NCBI GenBank assembly: GCA_965232265.1
Contig: CBDDPH010000002.1
Coordinates: 434,257-498,256 of the forward strand
DNA length: 64,000 nt
Direction of reading: 5' to 3'
From: Candidatus Latescibacterota bacterium
Lineage (GTDB): Bacteria; Latescibacterota; UBA2968
The notes under the pieces are model-generated. The model ran no database searches, was not told the origin of the DNA, and was given only the letters and a program-made list of their open reading frames with translations. Each line of letters opens with the position of its first letter. Within the stretch, counting starts at the first letter, position 1. Below are positions 1 to 9,045 of this stretch, in pieces. A program made the position numbers and the translations under genes.

Positions 1-23
1 CGATTTATATCGATCTTAAAATT

Positions 24-86
24 TTGTCCACAATTTGGTTGACAAAAATTTTTCCAATATTATTTTGTCCACAGTTTTGTTGACGA
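24..86 (+). promoter_or_regulatory. Two tandem dyad-symmetric operator-like sites (TTGTCCAC-N6-GTTGACAA at ~27-48; TTGTCCAC-N6-GTTGACGA at ~65-86) with embedded TTGACA/TTGACG -35-like hexamers, upstream of the STAND NTPase gene
   Basis: Direct reading: 22-nt imperfect palindromes repeated 38 nt apart, 40-100 nt upstream of the ATG at 128. Confidence 0.4.
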
Positions 87-127
87 CGATTTTTTGAAAG
101 GAAGAATGAATCTCCGGGGGATGTGTA

Positions 128-2587
128 ATGAACAATTCTGATCGGCCTATCCGCAAGTTCAATCCGGGGACGTTTCAGTCCGACGAGGAGGTGATTGAGC
201 AGTTTACGGTGAGAAAACACGAACTCAATACGGTGCTTGGAGTACTGCGCGGGAATATCGGTTCACTGTCGTGTCAACACGTTCTGGTGGTCGCGCCTCG
301 GGGTCGGGGAAAGACGATGTTGCTCGCGCGCGTCTCGGCGGAGTTGAATGCTGATGAGGAACTCTCTATGTGTTTTTTATCAGTTCGATTTATGGAAGAA
401 AATCACGAGATATTTGATCTCGCGGATTTTTGGCTCGAGACTTTGTTTTATCTCGCGCGGGAGAGCGTCAGGCAGGATCCTAAGCTCGCACAGGAACTGC
501 GAGAGGCACACGCCGATCTGACTGCTCGCTGGGACGAGGATGCGCTCGCGGATCGCGCCCGTGACACTGTTTTGGATGCGGCGGAACGATTGGGTAAAAA
601 ACTCGTTCTTATGGTGGAAAATTTGCAGGCACTCTGCGGAGGTTTGGATGACGATTTTGGCTGGCAACTGCGCGGCGCGTTGGAGTCAGAGCCTCGGATC
701 GTGTTGCTCGCTACTGCGACGAGTCGCTTTGAGGGGTTGGAAAATGCGGCAGAGCCGTTCTTCGAGTTGTTCCGAATTGTCGATCTGGAATCGCTGAGTA
801 CTGAGGACTGCTGCCGTCTGTGGGAGGTGGTCAGCGGCGATGCGGTGACTGAGCACGAGATCAGGCCGCTCGAGATCCTGACAGGTGGCAACCCCCGCCT
901 TCTCATTATGGTCGCTGAGTTCGCGCAACACCGGTCATTGCGCCAGTTGATGGAGGAACTGGTGACACTGATTGACAAGCATACCGAGTATTTTCGCGGT
1001 TATCTGGAGGCTTTGCCCAAGAGCGAACGCCGCGTGTATCTCGCGTTGATTGATTTTTGGCGACCGTCGAGTACGAGCGAGATCGCGGCACGGGCGCGTA
1101 TGGGGGTTCGGACCGTATCAACGATGCTCGGTCGGCTTGTGAACCGGGGTGCAGTCGTCGTGGAGGGGTCCAGCAGGAAGCGATTGTACGCCGCAGGAGA
1201 ACCTCTTTATAGCATCTATTACAAGCTGCGACGCGAGCGCGACGAGGCGACAGTTATGAGAAGGCTGATCCATTTCATGATGGCGTTCTACGGGATAGGC
1301 GAGTTGTGCCAGATGTCCGGTCGGCCGAGTTTGGAGGCGGCAGAGTCAAAGGTTATTCGCGAGGGGATTGAGCGTGCGCTCGTCGAACCACCGGACGTTG
1401 AGGACAGTTTTTTGCGCGTGGCATGGTCGGCTGTCGAATATATATCGGATAAAGCGACGGCAAATGCGCCATTCACGGCGGAACTGCGTTTAAAAGAGGA
1501 GGTCCAATCGGCGCTCGATGAGAGAGAATTTGAAAGGGTTGTGGAGATTGGTGACCGTTTTATCGCTTCTGGAGGCGTGGATGCATCTCTCATGTCGGAG
1601 TCTCTCGTCGCCTACATATTGCATACAAGGGCGATTGCTTATGAAAAATTGGAGGATTTCCAAGGAGTGGTCGCGGTTTGCGATGAGATGGTTGAGCGTT
1701 TCGACGACGCATCCGACCATACTCTTCTGGCGCGGATGGCCCGCGTATTGATCCACGGGGCAAGAGCGCGATATGAACTTGGGGAGTTGGCGTTGACGGT
1801 GTCTGCGTATGATGAGGTGATTGAGCGTTTTGGGACCAGCGATGCGCCCGATTTCCAGTTCCCGGTCGCTCTGGCGCTGTTAAAAAAGGGAGATTTGCAA
1901 GTTCAACAGAGAGAGTTGGGGCTGGCGGTGTCTGCTTATGAAGAGGTGATTACTCGCTTTGGTACCAGTGATGCACCGGGGATTCAACTTTTGATCGCCT
2001 GGGCGTTGTCCCAAAAGGGAGATTTGCAAGTTCAACAGGGAGAGTTGGCACTGGCAGTATCTGCTTATGAAGAATTGATCGTGCGTTTTGGGGTCAGTGA
2101 TGTGCCAGCAATCCAGGTTCTGGCCGCCTGGGCGTTGTCCCAAAAGGGGGTGATACAAATCGAGGTAGGACGTGTGGAAGAAGCTCTGCTGATAAGTGAA
2201 GAGCTTGAAGGAAGACTCGGTGCTTTGACTCTCAATGAGAAGGTGATGTTTACATGGCGAGTGAGATATGTGCAGGCTTTGGCTCTACAGCTTAAGAAAA
2301 GGCAACAGTTTGCCATGGATATGTTTCGGTCGGCGTATGCTGTGTTCGTGCCAAACGACGAGACGATGATGTACGAGATGCTACAACTCGTGCCCGCTTT
2401 GATCGCAAACGGTGCCTCAGAGCACGATCTTGTCGATATCCTCCTGTCCAGGGAGAAATCCGATGCGCTGGAACCCCTTATTATTGCTTTGCGACAGCGT
2501 ACCGGCGAGGTGGTTCGCGCGCCTGTGCAGGTTCTTGAGGTGGCGCGGGATATCAATAAGCGCATTGAGATGGGAAGCGTGAAGTGA
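128..2587 (+). CDS. STAND-type P-loop NTPase (Arch_ATPase/AAA_16-like N-terminal domain, DUF234-like winged helix, C-terminal TPR-like repeats)
   Basis: Walker A VVAPRGRGKTMLL preceded by FTVRKHELNTVL (Arch_ATPase-like); Walker B-like LVLMVENL; wHTH-like segment ALIDFWRPSSTSEIAARARMGVRTVSTMLGRL; three 41-aa helical repeats at the C-terminal half. Confidence 0.6.
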   Translation: MNNSDRPIRKFNPGTFQSDEEVIEQFTVRKHELNTVLGVLRGNIGSLSCQHVLVVAPRGRGKTMLLARVSAELNADEELSMCFLSVRFMEENHEIFDLADFWLETLFYLARESVRQDPKLAQELREAHADLTARWDEDALADRARDTVLDAAERLGKKLVLMVENLQALCGGLDDDFGWQLRGALESEPRIVLLATATSRFEGLENAAEPFFELFRIVDLESLSTEDCCRLWEVVSGDAVTEHEIRPLEILTGGNPRLLIMVAEFAQHRSLRQLMEELVTLIDKHTEYFRGYLEALPKSERRVYLALIDFWRPSSTSEIAARARMGVRTVSTMLGRLVNRGAVVVEGSSRKRLYAAGEPLYSIYYKLRRERDEATVMRRLIHFMMAFYGIGELCQMSGRPSLEAAESKVIREGIERALVEPPDVEDSFLRVAWSAVEYISDKATANAPFTAELRLKEEVQSALDEREFERVVEIGDRFIASGGVDASLMSESLVAYILHTRAIAYEKLEDFQGVVAVCDEMVERFDDASDHTLLARMARVLIHGARARYELGELALTVSAYDEVIERFGTSDAPDFQFPVALALLKKGDLQVQQRELGLAVSAYEEVITRFGTSDAPGIQLLIAWALSQKGDLQVQQGELALAVSAYEELIVRFGVSDVPAIQVLAAWALSQKGVIQIEVGRVEEALLISEELEGRLGALTLNEKVMFTWRVRYVQALALQLKKRQQFAMDMFRSAYAVFVPNDETMMYEMLQLVPALIANGASEHDLVDILLSREKSDALEPLIIALRQRTGEVVRAPVQVLEVARDINKRIEMGSVK
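1790..2160 (+). repeat. Three tandem ~123-nt near-identical repeats inside the NTPase CDS (41-aa units GELALAVSAYEEVI.RFGTSDAP.IQ.L.AWALSQKGDLQVQQ)
   Basis: Visible in both DNA and translation; units >80% identical. Confidence 0.7.
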
Positions 2588-2650
2588 GAGGGTCTCACAC
2601 GAAGACACAAAGATACAAGACGTGAGGAACAGGTAACACGTTAAAGGCAA

Positions 2651-2695
2651 TCGCCATCGCGGCATGCTTAAAGCCGCGATCCCGAAGGTTTTGAT
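2651..2695 (+). repeat. REP-like intergenic element copy A (conserved module only: TCGCCATCGCGGC-ATGCTTAAA-GCCGCGATCCCGAAGG-TTTTG)
   Basis: 8-bp stem ATCGCGGC/GCCGCGAT with 9-nt loop; same core found at 8.99, 43.17, 46.67 kb. Confidence 0.5.
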
Positions 2696-2712
2696 CTGGC
2701 TACTGACCGCTT

Positions 2713-3513
2713 TTACCACACAATTTCGTGTGCGTTGACGACGGGTCCTTCGAGGCAGACGCAGCGATAGCGGCGGTCTTCGGTGGGATAGGTTTTGTAT
2801 TCGACCACGCATCCGACACAGGCACCGAAACCGCAGGCCATGTGGTTTTCGAGAGAGGCATAGCAGGGGGTGTCTAATTCGGCGGCGATGTGGGCGACGC
2901 GGGCCATCATGGGATGGGGACCGCAGGTGAGGATGGTGGTGTGGTTTGGAAGGGTGTGTTCGGCAATGAGTTCTGTGACAAATCCTCGGTGTCCCACGCT
3001 GCCGTCATCGGTGGCGATGTGGAGGGGTAGGCCGGCGGGTAAGAGCGCGGACATGTCGGGCAGGCGTGCGGCATTTGCTGCGCCCATGAGGTAGATCATA
3101 TCGGGACGGCGGTCGGAGTGTTCCCACGCTAAAAATGCGAGGGGAACGAGGCCGACGCCACCGGCGACGAGGAGGATGCGTTTGGTTTTTGGGGGGGCAA
3201 AAGGGTTGCCCAGTGGTCCGCTGACGTCAAATTGGTCGCCGCAGTGGGCAGCAGATAGACGCTCGGTGCCGGGGCCGATGACGTCGTAGATGAGGTTGAG
3301 CCAGCCGGCTTTGCGATCTGCGCGCAATACGCTGAAGGGGCGGCGGAGATATGGCGATAGACCAGGATCAGTCAGGATTTGCAGGAATTGCGCCGGGCGC
3401 GAGGCGGCTGCGAGCCTGGGCGCGTGCAGGCGCATGAGATATACGCCCTGTGCGATGGGATCATTTTTTTTGACGATGGCAGGTTCGGAGATGAAGTTTG
3501 GGATTTCGGGCAT
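2713..3513 (-). CDS. pyrK: Dihydroorotate dehydrogenase electron-transfer subunit PyrK (FAD/NAD-binding ferredoxin-reductase fold with C-terminal 2Fe-2S Cys cluster)
   Basis: RPFSV flavin motif, GGVGLVPL NAD-binding motif, C-terminal CGFGACVGC...C...C cluster; located after carB. Confidence 0.75.
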   Translation of the reverse strand: MPEIPNFISEPAIVKKNDPIAQGVYLMRLHAPRLAAASRPAQFLQILTDPGLSPYLRRPFSVLRADRKAGWLNLIYDVIGPGTERLSAAHCGDQFDVSGPLGNPFAPPKTKRILLVAGGVGLVPLAFLAWEHSDRRPDMIYLMGAANAARLPDMSALLPAGLPLHIATDDGSVGHRGFVTELIAEHTLPNHTTILTCGPHPMMARVAHIAAELDTPCYASLENHMACGFGACVGCVVEYKTYPTEDRRYRCVCLEGPVVNAHEIVW

Positions 3514-3519
3514 TGTTGC

Positions 3520-5640
3520 TTACTCTGGTGGTTCAAAGTAGATGGATATGTCTATCCACATGTCGCGCGGCGTGTCTTCGTGTATGCCGGGTTCAAAGGT
3601 GTATTGTTTTACGGCTTCTACTGCGGCACTGTGAAATAGTTCAGGTCCCGAGGTGACATCGACTTCGCCCACGTTGCCGTTTTTTAAGATCAGCACACGC
3701 AGGATGACTGTGGTGGGTTTGCCTTCGGCTCTGGCTTCTTCGGGGTATTCGGGTTCGATTTCTTCTATGACCTGAGGTTCTTCATCGGCATCTACGGCTT
3801 CCATAGTACCGCCTCCGATAATGACATCGGGTTTGAAGGCGGGTTTTGGGGAGGGTGTTTTTTGCGTTCTGAGCTTTGATATATCAGGCGGGGTAGCCGT
3901 TGTATCCGGGGGTGCATCTGCTGGATCAGACCGCGTTGTGTCGGACTGGGAGTCCGAAGGTTGCGTTTGGGTGGAATCTGCTGGCTCGGGCGGGGGTTCG
4001 AGAAATTTGCCCTCGAGTTTGTCGGTTGCAATTTTGCCGTATTGTGTGAGGGGGTATCGCGCCTGCACTTGTTCGTAAACGGTTTTTGCCTGCTCGCGTT
4101 GGTCCATGTCATTTTCGTAGGTCCAGGCGAGGGCAAAAAGTGCCTTTGGGGCAAAGAGGCTGTTGGGATATTCGTCGGCTATTTGTCGGTAGATGGGTAC
4201 GATGTCCCGTGCGGGCGTGCCTTCTGCGATGAGGTTTTCAGCTTGCAGAAATCGCGTTTCTGCCAGGGTATCATCGGCGTGTTTTTGATTGAGGCGCGTG
4301 CGGGCTTCAACGGCATAAGGCGTGTTGGGATGTTGGTCGAGGAGCAGTTGGAAGTGTTCGCGTGCTGCGGTTTCGTTTTTCAGGCTGTCGGCATAAATAA
4401 GTCCAATGGTATAACGCACTTTGGGTGCCAGGTCAGTCGTGTCGATCAGGCTCAATACGCGCTGATAAATACTCAGGGCCGAGTCGGGTTCGCCCAGATT
4501 AAAGAGGTATAGTTCGGCGAGATCAAAGAGCGGTCCCAATGCTTTTTGCGGGTCTTCGACTTTTTCGGCTTGTTTGGTATAGCGTTCGAGTGCTACGAGA
4601 TCTTTTTGCCGTTGTAAAGCCAGTTTGCCCTCGTCCGAGCTTCGGTCTTCGCGGACGGCTTTTTCGAATAGTTCTTTGGCTTTTTCCAGGTTTCTACGCG
4701 ATTTTTGTTCGATGAGGCCCAGACGATAAAAAGCTTCTGCGCTGTATTCGCCGCGGGGATATTTTTTTCCGACGTCGCTATAGATTTCTTCCGCAATTTC
4801 AGTCTGATCTTTTAGCTGGTATATACGCGCCTGTTTGAGTCGGATTTCGGCTTCGTATATGCGAAGCCGTTTGATTTTTAATATTTTTTGGTATGTGTCC
4901 AGTGCCCCGTCGTATTTTTGCTGGCGCTCGAGGGTTTCGCCAATTTTGACGCGGGTTTCAAAATTTGTCCTGGTATCGGGTTTTGATTTTAGCACGTTTT
5001 CGTAGGCTTCAAGTGCTTCGTCGTATCGGTTCAATTCGAGGAGGTTGTTGCCCACGCCTTGCCAGGCGCGTGCGCGCAATTTGTGCTTTTTGTCGAGTGT
5101 TTCGAGCAGTGTTTTATAGGATGTAATCGCGTCTTCTCTGTTGCCCTGTGAGGCTTCCATTTCCGCGAGTGCCAGATTTGCGAGGCCGTACAACTCGGGG
5201 TCGGTTTTTTTGTCGAAGAGAGAAAATGTGGTCCGCGCTTCATTGGAGCGCTTCATTGCCCAGAGCGTGCGGCCCTGATAGTAGCGCGTTTCGGGGATTA
5301 GTTCGCTTTCTGGGAAGAGTTTTTGCAGTTCTTGAAATTTGGTGAGTGCTTCGGTGTAATCTTCGCGCCAATAAGACGCTTTGCCGATGAGTAGCAAGCT
5401 GTCGTCGAACCATTTGCTGTCGGGAAAGTATTTGAGCACGATGGACGCTTTGAGTATGGCCCGCTGGTAGAGCGCGTTATAGGTCGCAGGTGTTATTCGG
5501 CTGCCGGGAGCTTCGGATTCGACGCGTTTTTGCTCGGCAATATTGTACTGTTGTTTGGCGTTGTAAAAGGTGTTGTAATACACGCTTTTGCAAGCCAGAC
5601 AGAGGATGCAGAGGGATGTGATGTATATTAGACGAGACAT
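3520..5640 (-). CDS. Secreted/lipoprotein-like TPR-repeat protein with Pro/Thr-rich linker and C-terminal TonB-C (energy transducer TonB C-terminal) domain
   Basis: N-terminal hydrophobic signal with Cys (ILCLAC); ~10 TPR-like units; EPPPEPADSTQTQP... linker; C-terminal EPEYPEEARAEGKPTTVILRVLILKNGNVGEVDV...AAVEAVKQYTFEPG typical of TonB-C. Confidence 0.6.
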   Translation of the reverse strand: MSRLIYITSLCILCLACKSVYYNTFYNAKQQYNIAEQKRVESEAPGSRITPATYNALYQRAILKASIVLKYFPDSKWFDDSLLLIGKASYWREDYTEALTKFQELQKLFPESELIPETRYYQGRTLWAMKRSNEARTTFSLFDKKTDPELYGLANLALAEMEASQGNREDAITSYKTLLETLDKKHKLRARAWQGVGNNLLELNRYDEALEAYENVLKSKPDTRTNFETRVKIGETLERQQKYDGALDTYQKILKIKRLRIYEAEIRLKQARIYQLKDQTEIAEEIYSDVGKKYPRGEYSAEAFYRLGLIEQKSRRNLEKAKELFEKAVREDRSSDEGKLALQRQKDLVALERYTKQAEKVEDPQKALGPLFDLAELYLFNLGEPDSALSIYQRVLSLIDTTDLAPKVRYTIGLIYADSLKNETAAREHFQLLLDQHPNTPYAVEARTRLNQKHADDTLAETRFLQAENLIAEGTPARDIVPIYRQIADEYPNSLFAPKALFALAWTYENDMDQREQAKTVYEQVQARYPLTQYGKIATDKLEGKFLEPPPEPADSTQTQPSDSQSDTTRSDPADAPPDTTATPPDISKLRTQKTPSPKPAFKPDVIIGGGTMEAVDADEEPQVIEEIEPEYPEEARAEGKPTTVILRVLILKNGNVGEVDVTSGPELFHSAAVEAVKQYTFEPGIHEDTPRDMWIDISIYFEPPE

Positions 5641-5645
5641 GGGAT

Positions 5646-7457
5646 TTAAGAAGTGTGAAAGTCCTGGAGTGAGCGAATGCGAATTGTGCTGTTGTTTTTG
5701 AGCGATTGGATGCCGGCAACAGCGGCGGCGGCTCCCGATAAGGTGGTTGTGTAGGGCAGGCCGTATTGTATGGCTGCTTTGCGAATTTCGGGGTCGGCGG
5801 CCTGGGATTGCTCTCCTGCAGGGGTGTTGATCATGAGAGAGATTTCGCCGTTTTTGATGGCGTCGAGGATGTTTGGGCGTCCTTCCTGGATTTTGAAGAT
5901 CCGATTACAGGCTATGTTGTGGCTTTTGAGAAAGGCGCAGGTTCCCCCTGTGGCAATGAGGCGAAAGTTCATGTCGGATAGTTGTTGGGCAATGGGTACA
6001 AGTCCTTCTTTGTCGCGGTCGTTGACGCTTAAAAATACGGTTCCCTCCTGGGGCAAGCGCACGCCTGCGCCGAGTTGCGCTTTTTGGAAGCTGAGGCCAA
6101 AGTCGGTGTCTATGCCCATGACTTCGCCGGTGGATTTCATTTCGGGACCGAGGACGGTGTCAACGCCGGGAAATTTGTTGAAGGGCAAGACGGCTTCTTT
6201 GACGGCAATGTGGCTGATGGGTACTTCCCGGGTAAAGCCCTGTTCTGCAAGTGTGCGCCCGACCATTGCGCGGGCAGCGACTTTGGCCAGGGGCACGCCA
6301 ATGGCTTTGCTGACAAAGGGTACGGTGCGCGATGCTCTGGGGTTGACTTCGATAATAAATACGTCTTCGCCTTGAATGGCAAACTGAATGTTCATGAGGC
6401 CCACCACGTTGAGTGCTCTGGCCAGGGCGCGCGTGTGGCTTCGCAGTTCATTGAGGTTGGTGTCGGAGATTTTATAAGGGGGTAAGACGCAGGCGCTGTC
6501 GCCAGAGTGTACGCCCGCGCTTTCGATGTGTTGCATGATGCCGCCGATGACGACTGCTGTTGGATCTGCTACGGCATCGACGTCAAATTCGTGTGCGTCT
6601 TCTAAAAATCGGTCGATGAGGATGGGGCGTTCAGGAGAGGCTTCTATGGCATTGTGCATATAGGCGATGAGGGCTTCGCGGTCATATACGATTGCCATTG
6701 CGCGGCCCCCGAGTACATAAGAGGGGCGCACGAGAACTGGATATCCGATTTGTTCGGCTATGGCGATTGCTTCGTCGGTGCTTATTGCGGTGCCGTTTTC
6801 GGGTTGTCGTATGCCCAGTTCTTTGATGAGTGCGCCAAAGCGCTTGCGGTCTTCGGCCAGGTCAATGGCGTCGGGCGATGTGCCGGCGATGTTGAGGCCC
6901 CCGCGTTCGAGGTCGCGCGCGAGGTTGAGCGGTGTTTGTCCGCCGAATTGAACAATGACGCCGTCGGGTTGTTCAACATCGGCGATGCTGAGTACGTCTT
7001 CGGCAGTGAGCGGTTCAAAGTAGAGTTTGTCGGATGTGTCGTAGTCGGTGGAGACGGTTTCGGGGTTGGAGTTGACCATGATGGTCTCAAATCCGTCTTC
7101 TTTGAGGGCATAGGAGGCGTGGCAACAACAATAGTCGAATTCGATGCCCTGTCCAATGCGATTGGGTCCGCCGCCCAGGATCATGATTTTTTGGCGATCG
7201 GATCGGATGGCTTCGTTATCTGTTTCATAGGTCGAATAGTGATACGGCGTATAGGCTTCAAATTCGGCGGCGCAGGTATCTACGGTTTTGAATACGGGCG
7301 CGATGCCGAGTTCTTTTCGCAAGGCGCGAACAGCCCATTCGTCACTTTGCCACAGGTGTGCCAGTTGGCGGTCGGAGAAGCCATGTTGTTTGGCTTTGAG
7401 CAGGTCTGCGCGCGTGATGCGCGATTTTAAGTCGTTGAGTGTGTGCTGTTTTGTCAT
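5646..7457 (-). CDS. carB: Carbamoyl-phosphate synthase large subunit, C-terminal half (second ATP-grasp domain plus MGS-like domain), encoded as a separate CDS
   Basis: Starts inside the oligomerisation domain (VFKTVDTCAAEFEAYTPYHYSTYE); second ATP-grasp and MGS-like domain motifs; ATG 2 nt after the stop of the N-half CDS. Confidence 0.85.
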   Translation of the reverse strand: MTKQHTLNDLKSRITRADLLKAKQHGFSDRQLAHLWQSDEWAVRALRKELGIAPVFKTVDTCAAEFEAYTPYHYSTYETDNEAIRSDRQKIMILGGGPNRIGQGIEFDYCCCHASYALKEDGFETIMVNSNPETVSTDYDTSDKLYFEPLTAEDVLSIADVEQPDGVIVQFGGQTPLNLARDLERGGLNIAGTSPDAIDLAEDRKRFGALIKELGIRQPENGTAISTDEAIAIAEQIGYPVLVRPSYVLGGRAMAIVYDREALIAYMHNAIEASPERPILIDRFLEDAHEFDVDAVADPTAVVIGGIMQHIESAGVHSGDSACVLPPYKISDTNLNELRSHTRALARALNVVGLMNIQFAIQGEDVFIIEVNPRASRTVPFVSKAIGVPLAKVAARAMVGRTLAEQGFTREVPISHIAVKEAVLPFNKFPGVDTVLGPEMKSTGEVMGIDTDFGLSFQKAQLGAGVRLPQEGTVFLSVNDRDKEGLVPIAQQLSDMNFRLIATGGTCAFLKSHNIACNRIFKIQEGRPNILDAIKNGEISLMINTPAGEQSQAADPEIRKAAIQYGLPYTTTLSGAAAAVAGIQSLKNNSTIRIRSLQDFHTS

Positions 7458-7459
7458 GG

Positions 7460-8908
7460 TTAGTCCATCAGGGCGGCGAGTTCTTTTTCTACTTCGACGA
7501 GTTGTCGCATGTTGTCGAGAAACCAGGGGTCAATTTTGGTGGCGTCAAAAATTTCCTGTACGGATAGTCCCGCGTCATAAGCCGTTTTGAGATAGGCCAA
7601 TCGCTGCGAGTTGGGTTCGCGCAGGCCGCGTTCGAGGGCTTCTCGCGAGAGGGTGTTGGGATGGATGTCTTTGCCGTCGGCACCAAATCCCGCACGCCCG
7701 ATTTCGAGCGAGCGCAAGCCTTTTTGCAGTGCTTCTTTAAACGTGCGACCTATGGCCATGGTTTCACCTACAGATTTCATTTGTGTGCCCAACAGATCAG
7801 CGGTTTGGGGAAATTTCTCAAATGTCCAGCGCGGGATTTTGATGACGCAATAGTCGATGGTGGGTTCAAATGAGGCGGGTGTTTCGCGCGTGATGTCGTT
7901 TTGTATTTCGTCCAGGGTGTATCCAATGGCGAGTTTGGCGGCTATTTTGGCGATAGGAAAGCCCGTGGCTTTTGAGGCGAGTGCGGAACTGCGGGAGACG
8001 CGGGGGTTCATTTCTATGACGACGCGCCGGCCCGTGTTGGGGTCAACTGCAAACTGGATATTGGAGCCGCCGGTTTCCACGCCGATTTCGCGGATGCAGG
8101 CGATGGCGTCATCGCGCATTTCCTGATATTCTTTGTCTGTGAGCGTTTGCGCGGGTGCCACGGTGATGGAGTCACCCGTGTGTACGCCCATGGGGTCGAA
8201 GTTTTCTATGGAGCAGATGATGACGACATTGTCGTTTTGGTCACGCATGACTTCGAGCTCGAATTCTTTCCAGCCGATGATGGATTCTTCTACGAGGATC
8301 TCAGAGGTGGGCGATAGGCTGAGTCCGTGTGCAGCAGCTTGTCTAAATTCTTCGATATTGTACGCGGTGCCAGCGCCTGTGCCGCCCAGGGTGTAAGACG
8401 GGCGGATGATGGCGGGAAATCCGATTTCAACCGTGATGTCGCATGCTTCTTTGAGGGTGTAGGCAAATCGGCCTTTGGGGAAGTCGAGGCCGATTTTATT
8501 CATGGCTTTTTGGAAGGCTTCGCGGTTTTCGGCTTTTTCTATGGCGTGTGGTTTTGCACCGATCATTTCGACGTCAAATTTTTCGAGTGTGCCCTGTTCG
8601 TGCAGGGCCATGGCAGTGTTGAGGCCCGTTTGTCCGCCCAGGGTTGGGAGGATGGCATCTGGGCGTTCTTTTTCGATGATGGCTGCACACACTTCGGGGG
8701 TAACGGGTTCGACATAAGTCTGGTCAGCCATTTCGGGGTCGGTCATGATGGTGGCGGGGTTGCTGTTGACCAGCACGACTTCGTATCCCTCTTCTTTGAG
8801 GGCTTTGCAGGCTTGTGTGCCCGAGTAGTCAAATTCACAGGCTTGTCCGATGACGATGGGACCAGAGCCGATGAGCATTATTTTTTTGAGGTCGGTTTGC
8901 TTGGGCAT
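7460..8908 (-). CDS. carB: Carbamoyl-phosphate synthase large subunit, N-terminal half (first ATP-grasp domain plus start of oligomerisation domain)
   Basis: [57 protein letters not shown] is a canonical CarB N-terminus; ends ...[11 protein letters not shown] then TAA. Confidence 0.85.
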   Translation of the reverse strand: MPKQTDLKKIMLIGSGPIVIGQACEFDYSGTQACKALKEEGYEVVLVNSNPATIMTDPEMADQTYVEPVTPEVCAAIIEKERPDAILPTLGGQTGLNTAMALHEQGTLEKFDVEMIGAKPHAIEKAENREAFQKAMNKIGLDFPKGRFAYTLKEACDITVEIGFPAIIRPSYTLGGTGAGTAYNIEEFRQAAAHGLSLSPTSEILVEESIIGWKEFELEVMRDQNDNVVIICSIENFDPMGVHTGDSITVAPAQTLTDKEYQEMRDDAIACIREIGVETGGSNIQFAVDPNTGRRVVIEMNPRVSRSSALASKATGFPIAKIAAKLAIGYTLDEIQNDITRETPASFEPTIDYCVIKIPRWTFEKFPQTADLLGTQMKSVGETMAIGRTFKEALQKGLRSLEIGRAGFGADGKDIHPNTLSREALERGLREPNSQRLAYLKTAYDAGLSVQEIFDATKIDPWFLDNMRQLVEVEKELAALMD

Positions 8909-8950
8909 AAAGAGCTTTCAGGGGTTAGCGATCAAAGGTAATGTATCCGA

Positions 8951-9045
8951 CTGTAGGGGACGGTCCCCGTATAGAAGCACTACGGGGCAGGCTCCCGTCA
9001 TTGCGGCATGCTTAAAGCCGCAATCCAGTGGTTTTTGTCATTACT
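8951..9045 (+). repeat. REP-like mosaic element copy B (CTGTAGGGGACGGT-[CCCCGTA-loop-TACGGGG]-...GTCATTGCGGC-ATGCTTAAA-GCCGCAATCCAGTGG-TTTTTG); overlaps the 3' end of nnr
   Basis: Same architecture as copies at 43.14 and 46.6 kb; stem carries a compensatory T/A change (ATTGCGGC/GCCGCAAT). Confidence 0.5.

Noticed and set aside
6654-7430. Plus-strand 258-aa and other ORFs inside carB (6075..6485, 8327..8941, 7857..8126)
   Set aside because: Antisense to carB, whose protein sequence is unambiguous. Gly/Val/Asp-rich shadows of the ATP-grasp codons.
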